DNA of 63,156 nucleotides, the filler included, from Welwitschia mirabilis (Eukaryota): the NCBI GenBank assembly GCA_051453625.1. It is 3 parts of one record of this genome, joined end to end, with 100 filler letters (N's around TTAATTAATTAA, not from the genome) between each part and the next. Parts side by side here need not be neighbours in the genome. Positions count along the whole stretch, not along the records: positions 33,125 to 63,156 come from JBOZIK010000001.1; 2 more parts are not named here. One strand, 5' to 3'. The position numbers were made by a program, and so were the translations under genes. Position 1 is the first letter of the stretch, and every line of letters starts with the position of its first letter. Below are positions 52,101 to 63,156 of the stretch, one piece after another. The notes below the pieces were generated by a model. The model was not told where the DNA came from. It ran no database searches and saw only the letters and a program-made list of their open reading frames with translations.

Positions 52101-52652
52101 AGGCACATGGATAAATAATTAAAATAAAGATACCACATACCATTTTTGAAGACCTTTCATTTTTATTTTACACCTTCATGTGAATTTTTTAATTTAACTT
52201 TTTAACCATGTATATGACATCTCTTATTGTAAATATGTTTATTTAGTACTAAAATTCTTATAATTATCATTATTATTTAAAATAATAAAGTTATTCAACA
52301 CTAAGATTAATTAATTAAGTGACCNNNNNNNNNNNNNNNNNNNNNNNNNNNNNNNNNNNNNNNNNNNNNNNNNNNNNNNNNNNNNNNNNNNNNNNNNNNN
52401 NNNNNNNNNNNNNNNNNNNNNNNNAACTAAGATTAATTAATTTAGTGACCTTATAAGTACCTATGATTCAAAATATATCTTTGGCATAAGAAATATAATA
52501 CGTTATTAATTATAAGGCTACATATTGATTCTTATTAAAAGAAAAAAGAATTTTAATTAAAATTTGATATCAAAATGTATTACATAATTTAGGGACTTGT
52601 AATCATATCATTATAGTTAGTAATTAAAGATTACAAAATGTGAGATATAATA
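48500..52652 (-). mobile_element. Third LTR of the Tekay family (truncated and interrupted)
   Basis: Homologous to ~34125-37593; ends ...GTGAGATATAATA. Confidence 0.85.
50733..51311. mobile_element. Unrelated LTR fragment inserted in the third Tekay LTR
   Basis: Begins TGTCACAACCC where LTR homology breaks and runs into an N gap; homology resumes at 51412. Confidence 0.6.
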
Positions 52653-52899
52653 GTAATTGTCCTACTCACTCTTTTAGTTTGTTAGCTTAGTGATGTCACA
52701 CTACATGAGAATTAGGAATTATCCTATCCATTCCCAAAGATACTTATTTATAGCTGGTAATCATGAATATCAATATATTTCTTCTATGTTTGACCTTTTT
52801 TCTTACCAAATCTAATAAGATCAACTAAAAGTTCAAAGTTAACCCTTATTATCTAATGCTAAAAAGCATTTACAAGTCTAGGAGGTCTACTTTACTTCT

Positions 52900-55872
52900 A
52901 GCGTTTAATCAAAAGTAGATTAATTTGGTTGTACATTTAGGATGTTATCTATAAAATGTTTTTAAGCTTTTAAAACCAAATGCTAGTGAAAAGTAGGGTC
53001 TCTCTTAGTTTCTTATCCGTAATTCTTTAGTCTTTAAGGAGGACGATGTTTTAAATTTAATAGTAGATTATTTTGTAGCTATGTTTAATGCATATGTTTT
53101 TAATTCCAACTTATTTTATAAAAACATAATCTTTATTTCCAATAAAATGATTCTAGTTCATAACTATCTTTTAGAACAAGGTAACATTCTCATTAAATTG
53201 AAATAAGTTTATTATAGTTGAGTCAATGAAAAAGTTTTAGGTATTGATGGTTTCCCAACTAAATTTTATAAAAATCATTAGATATAATAGGATAAGAGGA
53301 CTAACGTGTCATATAAGGCTTTTTAGCATCTCATATTAATTAAGGACTTATTTAATATCCTTCCAAATTTAGAAAACTTTATCTTATTAGTAATTGATGT
53401 CTAATCATCTTGCTTAGTCTCTCATATAAAAATTTTTAGTAAAATGTTTATATTTTAAATTAAAATCGGTTTCACTTGACATTATTTGTAGCACATAATC
53501 TAGTTTTATAAAAGACACATAAATACTCAATAATGTGGTTGCTAAATGGAAGGAAATGCAGTGGATGAAATACTTTGGTTAAGATGTGATTTATGTCAAG
53601 CTTGATTATGTAAACCTCTATGATAAAATTCAGTGAGGTTTATTTTAGAATGTATAAGAAAGATAGGATTTGGCTAGAATTTATTCTATCTTATTACTTG
53701 TTTACTTAAAGATGGCAATGGATGTGTTGCTACAAAACATGGTATTTGAAATACTTTTAATATTAAATGCTCAATTTAGCAAGGATGTCCACTAGCTCTT
53801 TTTCTATCTATTTTAATAGCTAATTTTTTAATGCCCCATAATTTGCATAGGTGAATAATCAAGCCTAATTTAAGATGTTTAAATTCATAATGATCTTAGA
53901 CAACTTCTTAATATACATTTTACAAATGAAGCTATATTTTTTATTAAAAATGATAGATCAGTGATCTCATCTCTTCTTTACTTAATAAATCAATGTTTCG
54001 TGCTCTTAGGATCAAAACTACGTCAGGAGATATCTTCTATTTTTGCTTTATTTATCAATTACCAGTGGCTTTCTATACAACCTTGGTCTTTTATTTAACT
54101 TACAAAAATCTTTATAGCTTTAGAAATTCATTTTATCTTTGCTAGATCTCTTAGAAATCTTTAAAAATGGGTTTTAAATACAATTATTATTAAGGGGAAA
54201 AAAATCATTTAAGAACCTTGCACTTGTTTGCAAATTCATGATATGTAAGTCTATTCTATCTCGTATTCAACTTATTATTCTTCTTAATGGGCTTTCTCAC
54301 ATTGAGCTAAAAAGTTGAAGGTTGTTTTAAGAAGTTTTATGTGGTCAACATCAAAAAGGTTTTGTTATAGTGACTTGAAATATTTTTGTTGTCTTCCCCA
54401 AAAGAGGGGCAGGCTAGGTTTTATAGATTATTTTAATTAGGTTTAAGATTTATGTAGTAAATGTATTTTGCAAATAATTAATAAATCTAGTCCTATTACT
54501 TTTTCAATTTTAAATAAATTAGCTAATATCATTCTTAAATATTAGTTTATTTAGAAAGACATTCATCCTATGAATTGGATATTCTTCTTATGGAACATTA
54601 AAATAACAGGTACTCATGTTTTTCATAAAAACTAATAAGCATGAAAATCCATTCATCATCTTATACATTGTTAAGATATTGCACTTTCTTCATTAATGCT
54701 TTAAGAATTAAATCCTTGGTAGTTTTCCTAGCTTGATGGTCCCCTATCACGTCGTTATCCTAAGTTAGCATCAAGGTGGTTTTAGAAAGGTATTATTTCT
54801 TGAAGTTGTATCCATTTTCAAGAGCACTAGATTCAATGGATAGACTTTTAAATGTTATGCAAATCACCCATAGAAAATTGCCTTACTTGCTTCAAGCTAA
54901 AGGATTTCCTAGAACATGATCTCTAGCTAATTAATAATGACGAATCTATATGGAATTACCTCAGATGGACAAATGGATCATGTTTCTTACTTTTTAAGTT
55001 GAAAATGTTTATAGCCTTCTTTATTTTGCTCACCTTCTTGCTCTTTGGGTATCAACGTCAATGGAATGTGGATGATTTAAACCATGTTTAGAAATCTCAT
55101 TTTTATTCAAATTGGAAATTGCTCGCTCTTCTTAAAGTTAAGCATTTTCTGTGGTATTTCTTTCATCATAGCCTGCCTTTAAGACTTTGTTTGCTTCATC
55201 TCGGATTTTCTTTAAAAGTTTGCCTCTCTTATAGCTTAGATGAGAGTTTCTTTTTTCTTTTTCTCTTTTTCTTTTTTTTTTTCAAACTTATGAATGTAGA
55301 TTTGTAGGTTCTATTTAGCTTTGGGTGTCTAAAGCTCTGCAAAGTTACAAGCTACACTGGAAAAAGATTTTCTTTGGTGATGGCTTCTTCTTAACCCTTT
55401 TTATGGGAATGCATTCATCCTATGGTTTTATATTAAATGTGAAAACATTATAATCATCTAGTTTCCCATTATAAAATGCTTATATACATTTCTCTTATGC
55501 TGAGAAGGTTTACATTTTTCATCATGTTATTTTTTAAGTTAGATCGTAAATATAGATTGTCCATGTAAATGTCAATTACTTCCTACATTCTTTGGTGCAC
55601 TGAGTGGACAACTGTTTAGTTTCTCACAGGAGTCTACCTCTTCATCCACATTCCAATGTAGACAACCACTAGTAATTAATCTACTTTATTTTAAATATTA
55701 ATTTTTTTCATATTCCGATCTATAAGCCTTTTTAGGCTTTTATCTACAGTTCTTGCTTTTTAATCAGTAAATATTCTTTCTCACATAGGCTTTTATCTAC
55801 AGTTCTTGCTTTTTAATCAGTAAATATTCTTTATCACATATGCAGGCTTAATGTTGTTAACTAAATAAAAAA
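52900..55872 (+). mobile_element. Decayed L1-type LINE (ORF2 RT and zf-RVT), 5'-truncated
   Basis: GIDGFPTKFYK (~53240), KLDY..YDKIQ* (~53598), QGCPLA (~53780), LPQKRGRLG (~54393) and LKVKHFLW (~55131). A possible A-rich tail lies at ~55863-55872, so the boundaries are approximate. Confidence 0.8.
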
Positions 55873-56442
55873 GTTTTAATTTAAGGTTTGACACCCAAAA
55901 TATAAAGCTCACTTGAAAATGTGTGTTGACCATCTAAAAAACGGTTTTTTTTTTTTATAAAAAAGGTCAAAAACTCGAACCCAAATCACAAAATCTCACA
56001 GCATATACGACAAACTTTGTGGTGACGTGTATGGAGCTGTTGCCCGTGGTAAATAAAGCAGTGCTTTAAACAAGTCTGAAAAACGTAATTTCAAATGGGG
56101 AATCAGACTCTCATATCCATGACAACGAAAATTCTCAAGCTCGCCATTTGCAGAGTTTTCAAAGGTTACTGTATGCATAACGCGCTTGCTTCTTCTGGGC
56201 GAAACTGAAAAGAAGAAAAGTTTGACGGCAAAATTGTGTAAAGGCGCCTGCTCGTTCGTCTTCCGCGGAAAGGATAAACGTCTCTGCAAATGGAGCTGTA
56301 ACTTGGAATATCAGTTTTGTTTCCAGAATCTGCCAATCTGGCTCTGTTGAATTTGAGGCGACTCTTCCGCAGTGACGGTGCCAGAAATTTGGATCTCGCT
56401 CCCACTCTCCTCCTCCTGTCCTTTCGCAGGTCACGCTTTCGA

Positions 56443-56631
56443 ATGGCATGGAATGCTTTCAAATACTGCTCCGGATTCCGTTTTTTGGGCTCTTTTATGG
56501 TTGCACTTGTTGCAGGGATCGTTGCTGTCACATATTACGCTCTTGTAATTTCCACGTATGGTCCTCAGCTTCTCATAGGCGGCCTTCATTCTGTTGGAGT
56601 TTTTCTTCTTCTCCTAATTATCCACTTTCTG
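56443..56631 (+). CDS. PAT14: DHHC protein S-acyltransferase (PAT12/13/14 clade), coding exon 1
   Basis: MAWNAFKYCSGFRFLGSFMVALVAGIVAVTYYALV..YGPQL..HFL resembles the Arabidopsis PAT13/14 N-terminus MAWNVFKFC. GT donor at 56632, phase 0. The symbol is clade-level only. Confidence 0.9.
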
Positions 56632-59192
56632 GTAAATTTTGTTTCTCTTCTCAGTTTCTGTAAGAGAATGCAAAGAACTGTGCGTATTTTGCGCGCGAGG
56701 GAAACTTTTCTGTTTCTTTGTTCTTTGGGCAACTGCTTTGAATGCTTTTCTGGGACACTTTTAAAGGCTTCGAGGTGGATTCTCGTTTTCTGCTATGCCA
56801 CATTTGTAAACGAGCGTTTAATTCAGAAATTAGTAACTGGGTCCTCAAAGAAGGTCATTATTTATAACTGCTGTAACATGTCTCTTCGCAGCATGGTGCT
56901 CGCCCCAGTTTTGTGTCAAAAATCTGCTTATTGCCTCTGATTCTCCTTGACGCCTTGATCAACGATCAGTGAAAATACACAGGCGCTTCTGCAGCTGAAA
57001 CGAGGACAGTGCAAGTGATAAAAAAAAGTCCTTTATTAATTTAATTTAAGTCACACTTAGATTGTTCTTTATATTTGCTGCTACTCATCAAAACATCGTA
57101 CAAACCAGTTTGACAAGAAAATTGTAAAGCTTACAAAATAGGTGTCCCAGAAGGAGATTCCACATCTTGTAGTGTAATAGCCTGAAGTATCAGCAATCCA
57201 CAAAGAAAAGCACATTAGTTTTAAAGTTCATAGAGAATCATACAGCTTATGACTGTTATCAATATGATGAAAACAGGTGCAATGCATGCCAACCTGATGA
57301 TGACGAGTTTACCATGATTTACATAAATTACCTCTTCTATAGTAAATAGTAATCACAAATGGGGACTTTTGAGACCATAAATGCCAATCTGATGATATTT
57401 AAAAAAAGCTAGAAAGATGGCCCATACTTAACAAAAAGGCTCAAGTAATGCATAATCAAAAGTCTGGACTACCCAGAAGAGACTATTTTGTAGTATATGC
57501 AATCATTGGCTCTAAGGTAATTGCCTTTGACATATACTAGAAATGAGGATGGTATTTTTAAGAAATTGTTTCAAAACATTAAAAGATGTATAGAAGACAT
57601 TGTTCAAAATTTGAAAGTGTTTAATACTTGTAACATGATTTGTCCATAATTTGTTAAGTGGTTTTTTTCACTCTTTTTCGATAGATTGTTTAATGCTTAG
57701 TGGCTATAGCCAATGCTTCATTACATAAGTAAGCAGGCAACTTCTTGTCAATGAGCATTCCTTTTATTATATCAAGAAATGTGTGTGATTTAATCGTTAA
57801 TGCAACATTATTTTATGTGGCATTCTTGGAACTGTTGTTTGGTAAGGCATACTTACCTTATCTACTTGCTGCTCAAACTTTTGTGATACATTCCTTTCCA
57901 TTATTAGTCTCGATTTTGTGGTCAAACTTTTCAACAAGCTTTTGCGGTGCTGAAAACCCTTCTGAACTGTATTAAAAGCATGCGATCATATCTTCTTTTG
58001 TATAGTCCTCAATGAAAGTGAGAAGATATTTGTTATCTCTTAATGCTTCCAGTGACAATGATTTACAAACATCAAAGTGCAGTAAGTCCAACTATTCATG
58101 GTTTTGTGATTTACCTTCTTGAATGGTTGTGTCATGCCTTAATCAGAGTACATGCCATACATTTAAGAATCTTCACCTTTGTATCTTCGAGAATTTCTTT
58201 GATTTTGCATTGTAGCGCTGAAATTATATTGATTTTATATTTTACTATCATTATATTTGCAAGATTTGTTCAAGAACCCAAAGAACTACCATTCTTAATG
58301 TTTTCAAACTTGGGATTCCACATGATTTTGGCAAGCAACAATCCACAATCTTTAAAATGACAAAACACTTCTGCTTTTGATCTGCTCTTGATAAGTATGA
58401 TTTTAGTGGAAGAAGAGCCACTTTTGTTTGAGTTTTTCCTACGTTGGAGTTTGTAAATGCCAACAAATTTGTGTCTTCCTTTGTGCGTATCCTCCTATGG
58501 CATGTTTCTGTGTTCCACTCTCTTTTTTTTTTTTTTTTAATTTTAAGAGAGACCAATCATATGGTGTGCATCAAACAATGCCAAGAAAAGAATTGTATTT
58601 AGTCAACAACAGAATATGGGAGCATGGAAGGAATAGAAATCTACTTATAACAATTAGGGAAGCACATTTTTCCAGTCTGATAATGAAGCCATGCTGTTTT
58701 ATTGCTTGATGGTAACGCATTGCGTTTGAGGCATGCATAAAACCTCTTGTGATTCATGTATACTAAGACACCCAGGGTTAGATGCCTTTGGTGTTCAAAC
58801 ATTGTTCTCTGTGTCTTGATCTTTTTGTGCAATGCGATGTGTCCAAAAACACATTATGAAGCATGTGTCGTGAAGCATTTTTCTAAATCAGCAACTAACG
58901 ATGTACTTGTTAATTTGTTGCAGACCATCTCCATACCATCAGAATAAGATTGGCATTTGAGAAAAGTCAAAAACATAATAAGAAAAGCTTAAAATCCTAG
59001 CAAACTCTTCTGTGATAGTTTATTTAATACAGAAATGCTCACGCTTTTGATTGTCACCCTTGAAAACTGTGTGATATCATCTGCCATTACGATTGCAATG
59101 CAGGACAGAAGAGGCTTTCTGTTTATAGGTATCTCTGTTCATATAATGAATGACAAGCGTTGATGTTGATTTGCCATGTTGTCATGTTGCAG

Positions 59193-59424
59193 CTGGCAAT
59201 GCTTATTTGGTGCTACCTGATGGTAGTGCTGACAGATCCTGGAAGTGTTCCACCTAATTGGAGGCCAGAAATAGATGAGCAAGATCTAGAGGCTCAAGCT
59301 CTCTCTGCCTCTACAAGTTTGTCAATGGAAGAGACTAGTAAACCATGTGAAGTAATTCTTGGTGTAAGTTATTGCACCAAATGCCAGAATTATAGACCTG
59401 CACGGGCCCATCATTGTCGTGTAT
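59193..59424 (+). CDS. PAT14: DHHC protein S-acyltransferase, coding exon 2 (gene continues beyond the window)
   Basis: TTGCAG acceptor; LAMLIWCYLMVVLTDPGSVPPNWRP...YCTKCQNYRPARAHHCRV (DPG motif and first half of the DHHC cysteine-rich domain); GTAAGT donor at 59425, phase 1. Confidence 0.92.
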
Positions 59425-61745
59425 GTAAGTATTCTATGATTCACTACTTTTTTCTGACTTTCATGGAAAAGCGTATCCATATAACTAGATACTGGCTTTC
59501 TATGTTAAATATGTTGCTGTGAAAGCAATTGTAATTGCTAACAGGTTTATAATACTTATATTTTTTGTGATATAAATTATTGGATTCTGGACAACTGAAT
59601 AAAAATCATGGTTGTTGTTTACTAATGCAGGCTTTCTATGTGTTGTATTATCCTTCCTTCTGTAATCTACATTTATTTATTTTTAATAAGTTTTTCACTT
59701 CATAATCTTGATGCATGCATTTTTATTTATTGATAATATGTTTTTTGCTTCATAATCTTGATGCATGCATTTTTGGAGCCTTTTTGCGACAGAAACTACT
59801 CTTTGGTAGTAGCTCACTACAAGTGCATCTTATAATGATATTCCTCTTCCACATAAAATGAGTCAATTTGTAATCATAATTTCTATGGAGGAAAAGCAAA
59901 CAAATCGATTGAAAAACCAAAATAATCGAAAGGATACATACCACTTGCAATAGTCATGCTTTTACAAACTTTGCCATTTTATGTAGCTCTAGACTTGCTA
60001 CAAATTTATGATCTTCTGAAATTTTCATTTTTGAGCTTTTGGACATGAGATGATCTTCAATGGTAGCTCACAGCAAAGTTACATTAGAATTTATTGATTC
60101 AAAGCAAGGTAAAGTGTCTTAAGAAGTGAACATATTGTGGTTTTAAGAATGAGACTTTGCTTACACACAAGATGGACCAAATCATAATCAGCGTTTATAG
60201 AATGGAAACAGAAATGAACCTATTGAGAAACTGATAGTTAAAGTTATCACACACCAAAGTCATTACTGATTTGACCCTTATATGTAGCTTCAGACTTCTC
60301 CAAGTTTATGTTTTTTCTGAAATTTCCACTTGGCATGGATCTTATCAATTGATAAATTCAAATGGATTTTGATGATGTCTATCTAATGTGATGAAATTAT
60401 ACATGACTGATAATAGCTAATACAGGCACATTATCCTTATTTGGCATGCTGTTTCACAAATGAGTGAAGCCTTGCCCTTAACCATGTTAAAAGAAAGAAT
60501 TAGTTCTTCAGTTCCATTATATTTTGCTTGATCCAAAACATAGTAGTTGATATTGGTATCAATCAAAGAGTGATAAGCTTGTTTAGCACAAATCATTGAC
60601 AACATCATGACATTTGTCTTCACCCAATCCTCATTTGACGCTCTAATGGAACTGTTGTGCAACTCTTTCAAGCATGCATTTCACATCATTCAATAATCTT
60701 GAATATTGTAACCAGTGAAGGCAAGAGCTTTGAGAAGAGAAAAGCACTTGGGAGAGAGAGAGCGAATGCAAACTGTTTTATAAAAGTTAGATTAGTAATA
60801 AAAGAAACAACAATGTATTTAAACTAAACAATGCAAGTCATAACAAAGGTCTAGTTGCGTGTCACCCCACTAGTCTCAAACCATGTCTCAAGTTCACATT
60901 AATAATTTAACATTAATTTGCAATCCAAATTGATGCACAATTTCAGAAATAGAAATGAATTTTGTACTAATTCAAATACCAACAAAATTCATAACTTACA
61001 TTGAGGGCTTGAGTATAAGGTTCTCATCCTAACTAACAAGATGAGGCAAGGGTCTTGGATCCAAGTCTTTCTCAATGGATTTCCTAACACCTGCTACTTT
61101 TTGTCACATCATCTAAGCAATAGGAAGGTCATACTTGCAAGGACAAGCCCCTTGCTTAAACAACTTTGGAGTTAGATGGAATTTAAGAAGGAGCTTAAGG
61201 GAGTTGGTTAAAAAGTACTACCATTGCTACTTGCGTCACTAGGCGACATCTAGTTGTGATGCTTTTGAGAAAACACAGAAGAAGGCATTGTCAAGTATTG
61301 TCGCTGGGTACCGCCATGTGGCAATGATTGAGATAAAAAATGTATGGTTGCTAGGTCATGACTAGGCGATGGCATGTGGAGACACTACCAGACAAAGTGT
61401 TGTTGGACCCTTGCTGGGCAGTGGTCTTGTTCACAATTCCATCACTACTTGCGTTGCTAAGTGATAGCAAGGAGCCACATTTTTGAAAGGTGCCCGTTTT
61501 CTTGTGATTTTAAATCCAATTGCAGTTTATCCCTAGTTTGGTTTCGATGAAGACCTATAACTTTATACACTCTTAGAATTTCCACCATTATTACATTTCG
61601 TATGTCTCTTTTTGATGTCTATCATAGCCCCTTGTTAGGCCCTTGGCAAAACTTGGCAAGGTAGGCCAATTATAAATGAATGACGCCTACAGAATAAAAA
61701 TGTGAAAACTAAAATAAGAGGACAAGGAACATGATATGCAGGAGT

Positions 61746-62983
61746 TGTTAAGATCGATTGGCACCTTAGGGGGGAAGGGGTGAATAGGGTGAATTACCAA
61801 AAATAACTACTTAATTTCAAGAAGCTAAAATCTGAACTTTGCTTAAGAAAATGAATNNNNNNNNNNNNNNNNNNNNNNNNNNNNNNNNNNNNNNNNNNNN
61901 NNNNNNNNNNNNNNNNNNNNNNNNNNNNNNNNNNNNNNNNNNNNNNNNNNNNNNNNTGAACTTTGCTTAAGAAAATGAATCAGAAACAATTGAAACACGA
62001 ACACAATGAAACGAACTCAAGGAAGCAGAAAGAGTGCACCACATATTTATAGTGGTTCGACAATCCTTCCCTACTGCACTCACAAGGGGCAGCAACATGC
62101 TTTCAGCCTCCTGGATCCCTTAGAACACCCTTCTCTAGGGTAGCTTACAACCCCCTTCACCAAGGGTTCCTTTACAATACCCTTCTCAAGGGTCATATTG
62201 CTCAACTACGGAGCATTCACTAGGATTCAATCCAGTTGAAGGTTATGATGGATTGTATGCCTTTTATGCACAGTGCATCTGCTTGTACTACAATGAACTC
62301 TCTAGGAGATGACACAAGTTAGGAGCAGAGATAGAGAGGGATAGAGTTTTCTCTTCAGAAAATTATATCATAGATTAGGATATTTATATCATAGATTAGG
62401 GTATTTTCTGAAGAAGGCACAAGGCCTTGTATAGACTCTCCTATAAAACTAGTTGTTTGAACCTTGAGAAGAGTGCAATGGGTCATTGTTAACTGTGCCA
62501 GGAGTTTTCTTAGCTGTTCCCTTTTTGAATGCCACGCTTATGCAGTTAGAAGGGTCAATTTTTGCTCCAACATTCGCCCATCCAAACGTCCCCTTTGAAT
62601 GATCCAATGTCCCTCTTTTTATTGGAACAAACCGGGTGGAACCTAGACGTCCCATGATGATAGGTCGGACGTTCCCTCATACTATTCCCGTATAAAGCCC
62701 AGACGTTCAGGTTTGACAGGTCGGATGTCCTCATGCATTTTGGCTGAACTTTCCCCGGATGTCCCGGTTTGGTAGGGCGGATGTCTGCATATGTTGAACC
62801 CGAACTTTTCCTAGACGTCTCGATGTGCTAACTCGAATGTCCTGACTGGATTCTCTTGGAGTGACATTCGTTCAGGCTCCTGCTTTTGATTTTTCACTTG
62901 AACTTCGCAATCATAAGCATTAGGAAACTTCCATTCATTCTTGGTAGTTGCATCATCATCATTGAAACTTCTTTTCTTCAACA
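61746..62983 (-). mobile_element. Sirevirus (SIRE/Maximus copia)-like 3' LTR in PAT intron 2
   Basis: TGTT...AACA termini, a minus-strand C-rich end motif CTATTCACCCCTTCCCCCCTAAGG, and a cluster of CGGACGT/GACGTC palindromic repeats at ~62630-62850. Confidence 0.75.
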
Positions 62984-63012
62984 ATCTTTCCCTTTTCAAT
63001 GATGACAACCTT
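62984..63012 (-). promoter_or_regulatory. Sirevirus-type polypurine tract
   Basis: The minus strand reads GGTTGTCATCATTGAAAAGGGAAAGAT|TGTT, compared with the Sirevirus-type TTGTCATCATCAAAAAGGGGGAGATTG. Confidence 0.7.
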
Positions 63013-63156
63013 TTCTCCAATAATTTGATCTTGATGAAATAGGTTGATTAACTAGTTGCTTCTCCTAAATTTGTGGTCCTTGTGATCTGCACACATTAAG
63101 CTCAAAATGAGATGGTTTAGACACTATCTCCTCGTTTTGTCAGATCAAGATAAATA

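Noticed and set aside
55734-55840. 53-bp direct duplication, plus (TA)n and (TC)n microsatellites elsewhere
   Set aside because: Ordinary slippage products.
55996-56531. Antisense ORFs overlapping the PAT 5' end
   Set aside because: No recognisable motifs; expected by chance in the GC-richer region.
56317-56940. 207-aa ORF as a complete protein
   Set aside because: Only 56443-56631 is exon; the rest is UTR and intron read-through.
60750-61570. Possible decayed hAT/MITE in intron 2 (CTAGGCGA/GTCGC motifs)
   Set aside because: No convincing TIR pair or TSD could be fixed.

Overview
AT-rich eukaryotic (land-plant) genomic DNA from a gapped draft assembly. About 55 kb is nested, decayed retrotransposons: a deletion-derivative Tekay/Del-like gypsy element (1-9672); a pol-less Athila-like element (9673-~22940) that itself carries a solo LTR and a 675-bp TRIM; Ty1/copia remnants; two more Athila-family copies on the minus strand; a full-length but dead Tekay/Del chromovirus (33732-47005) plus a third LTR of that family; a hAT-like terminus; and an L1-type LINE. 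The only host gene is at the 3' end: the first two coding exons of a DHHC protein S-acyltransferase (PAT12/13/14 clade), with a Sirevirus-like LTR in intron 2. The most notable observations are (i) a 40-bp palindromic four-heptamer module (TGTCGTC-N5-TGTCGTC-N2-GACGACA-N5-GACGACA) repeated through the non-coding parts of the Athila-like family, which keeps an accessory 3' ORF, (ii) an intronless J-domain relic, and (iii) a TRIM whose LTRs are half minisatellite. All calls come from manual reading and translation; no database searches were run, and identities are by-eye estimates.
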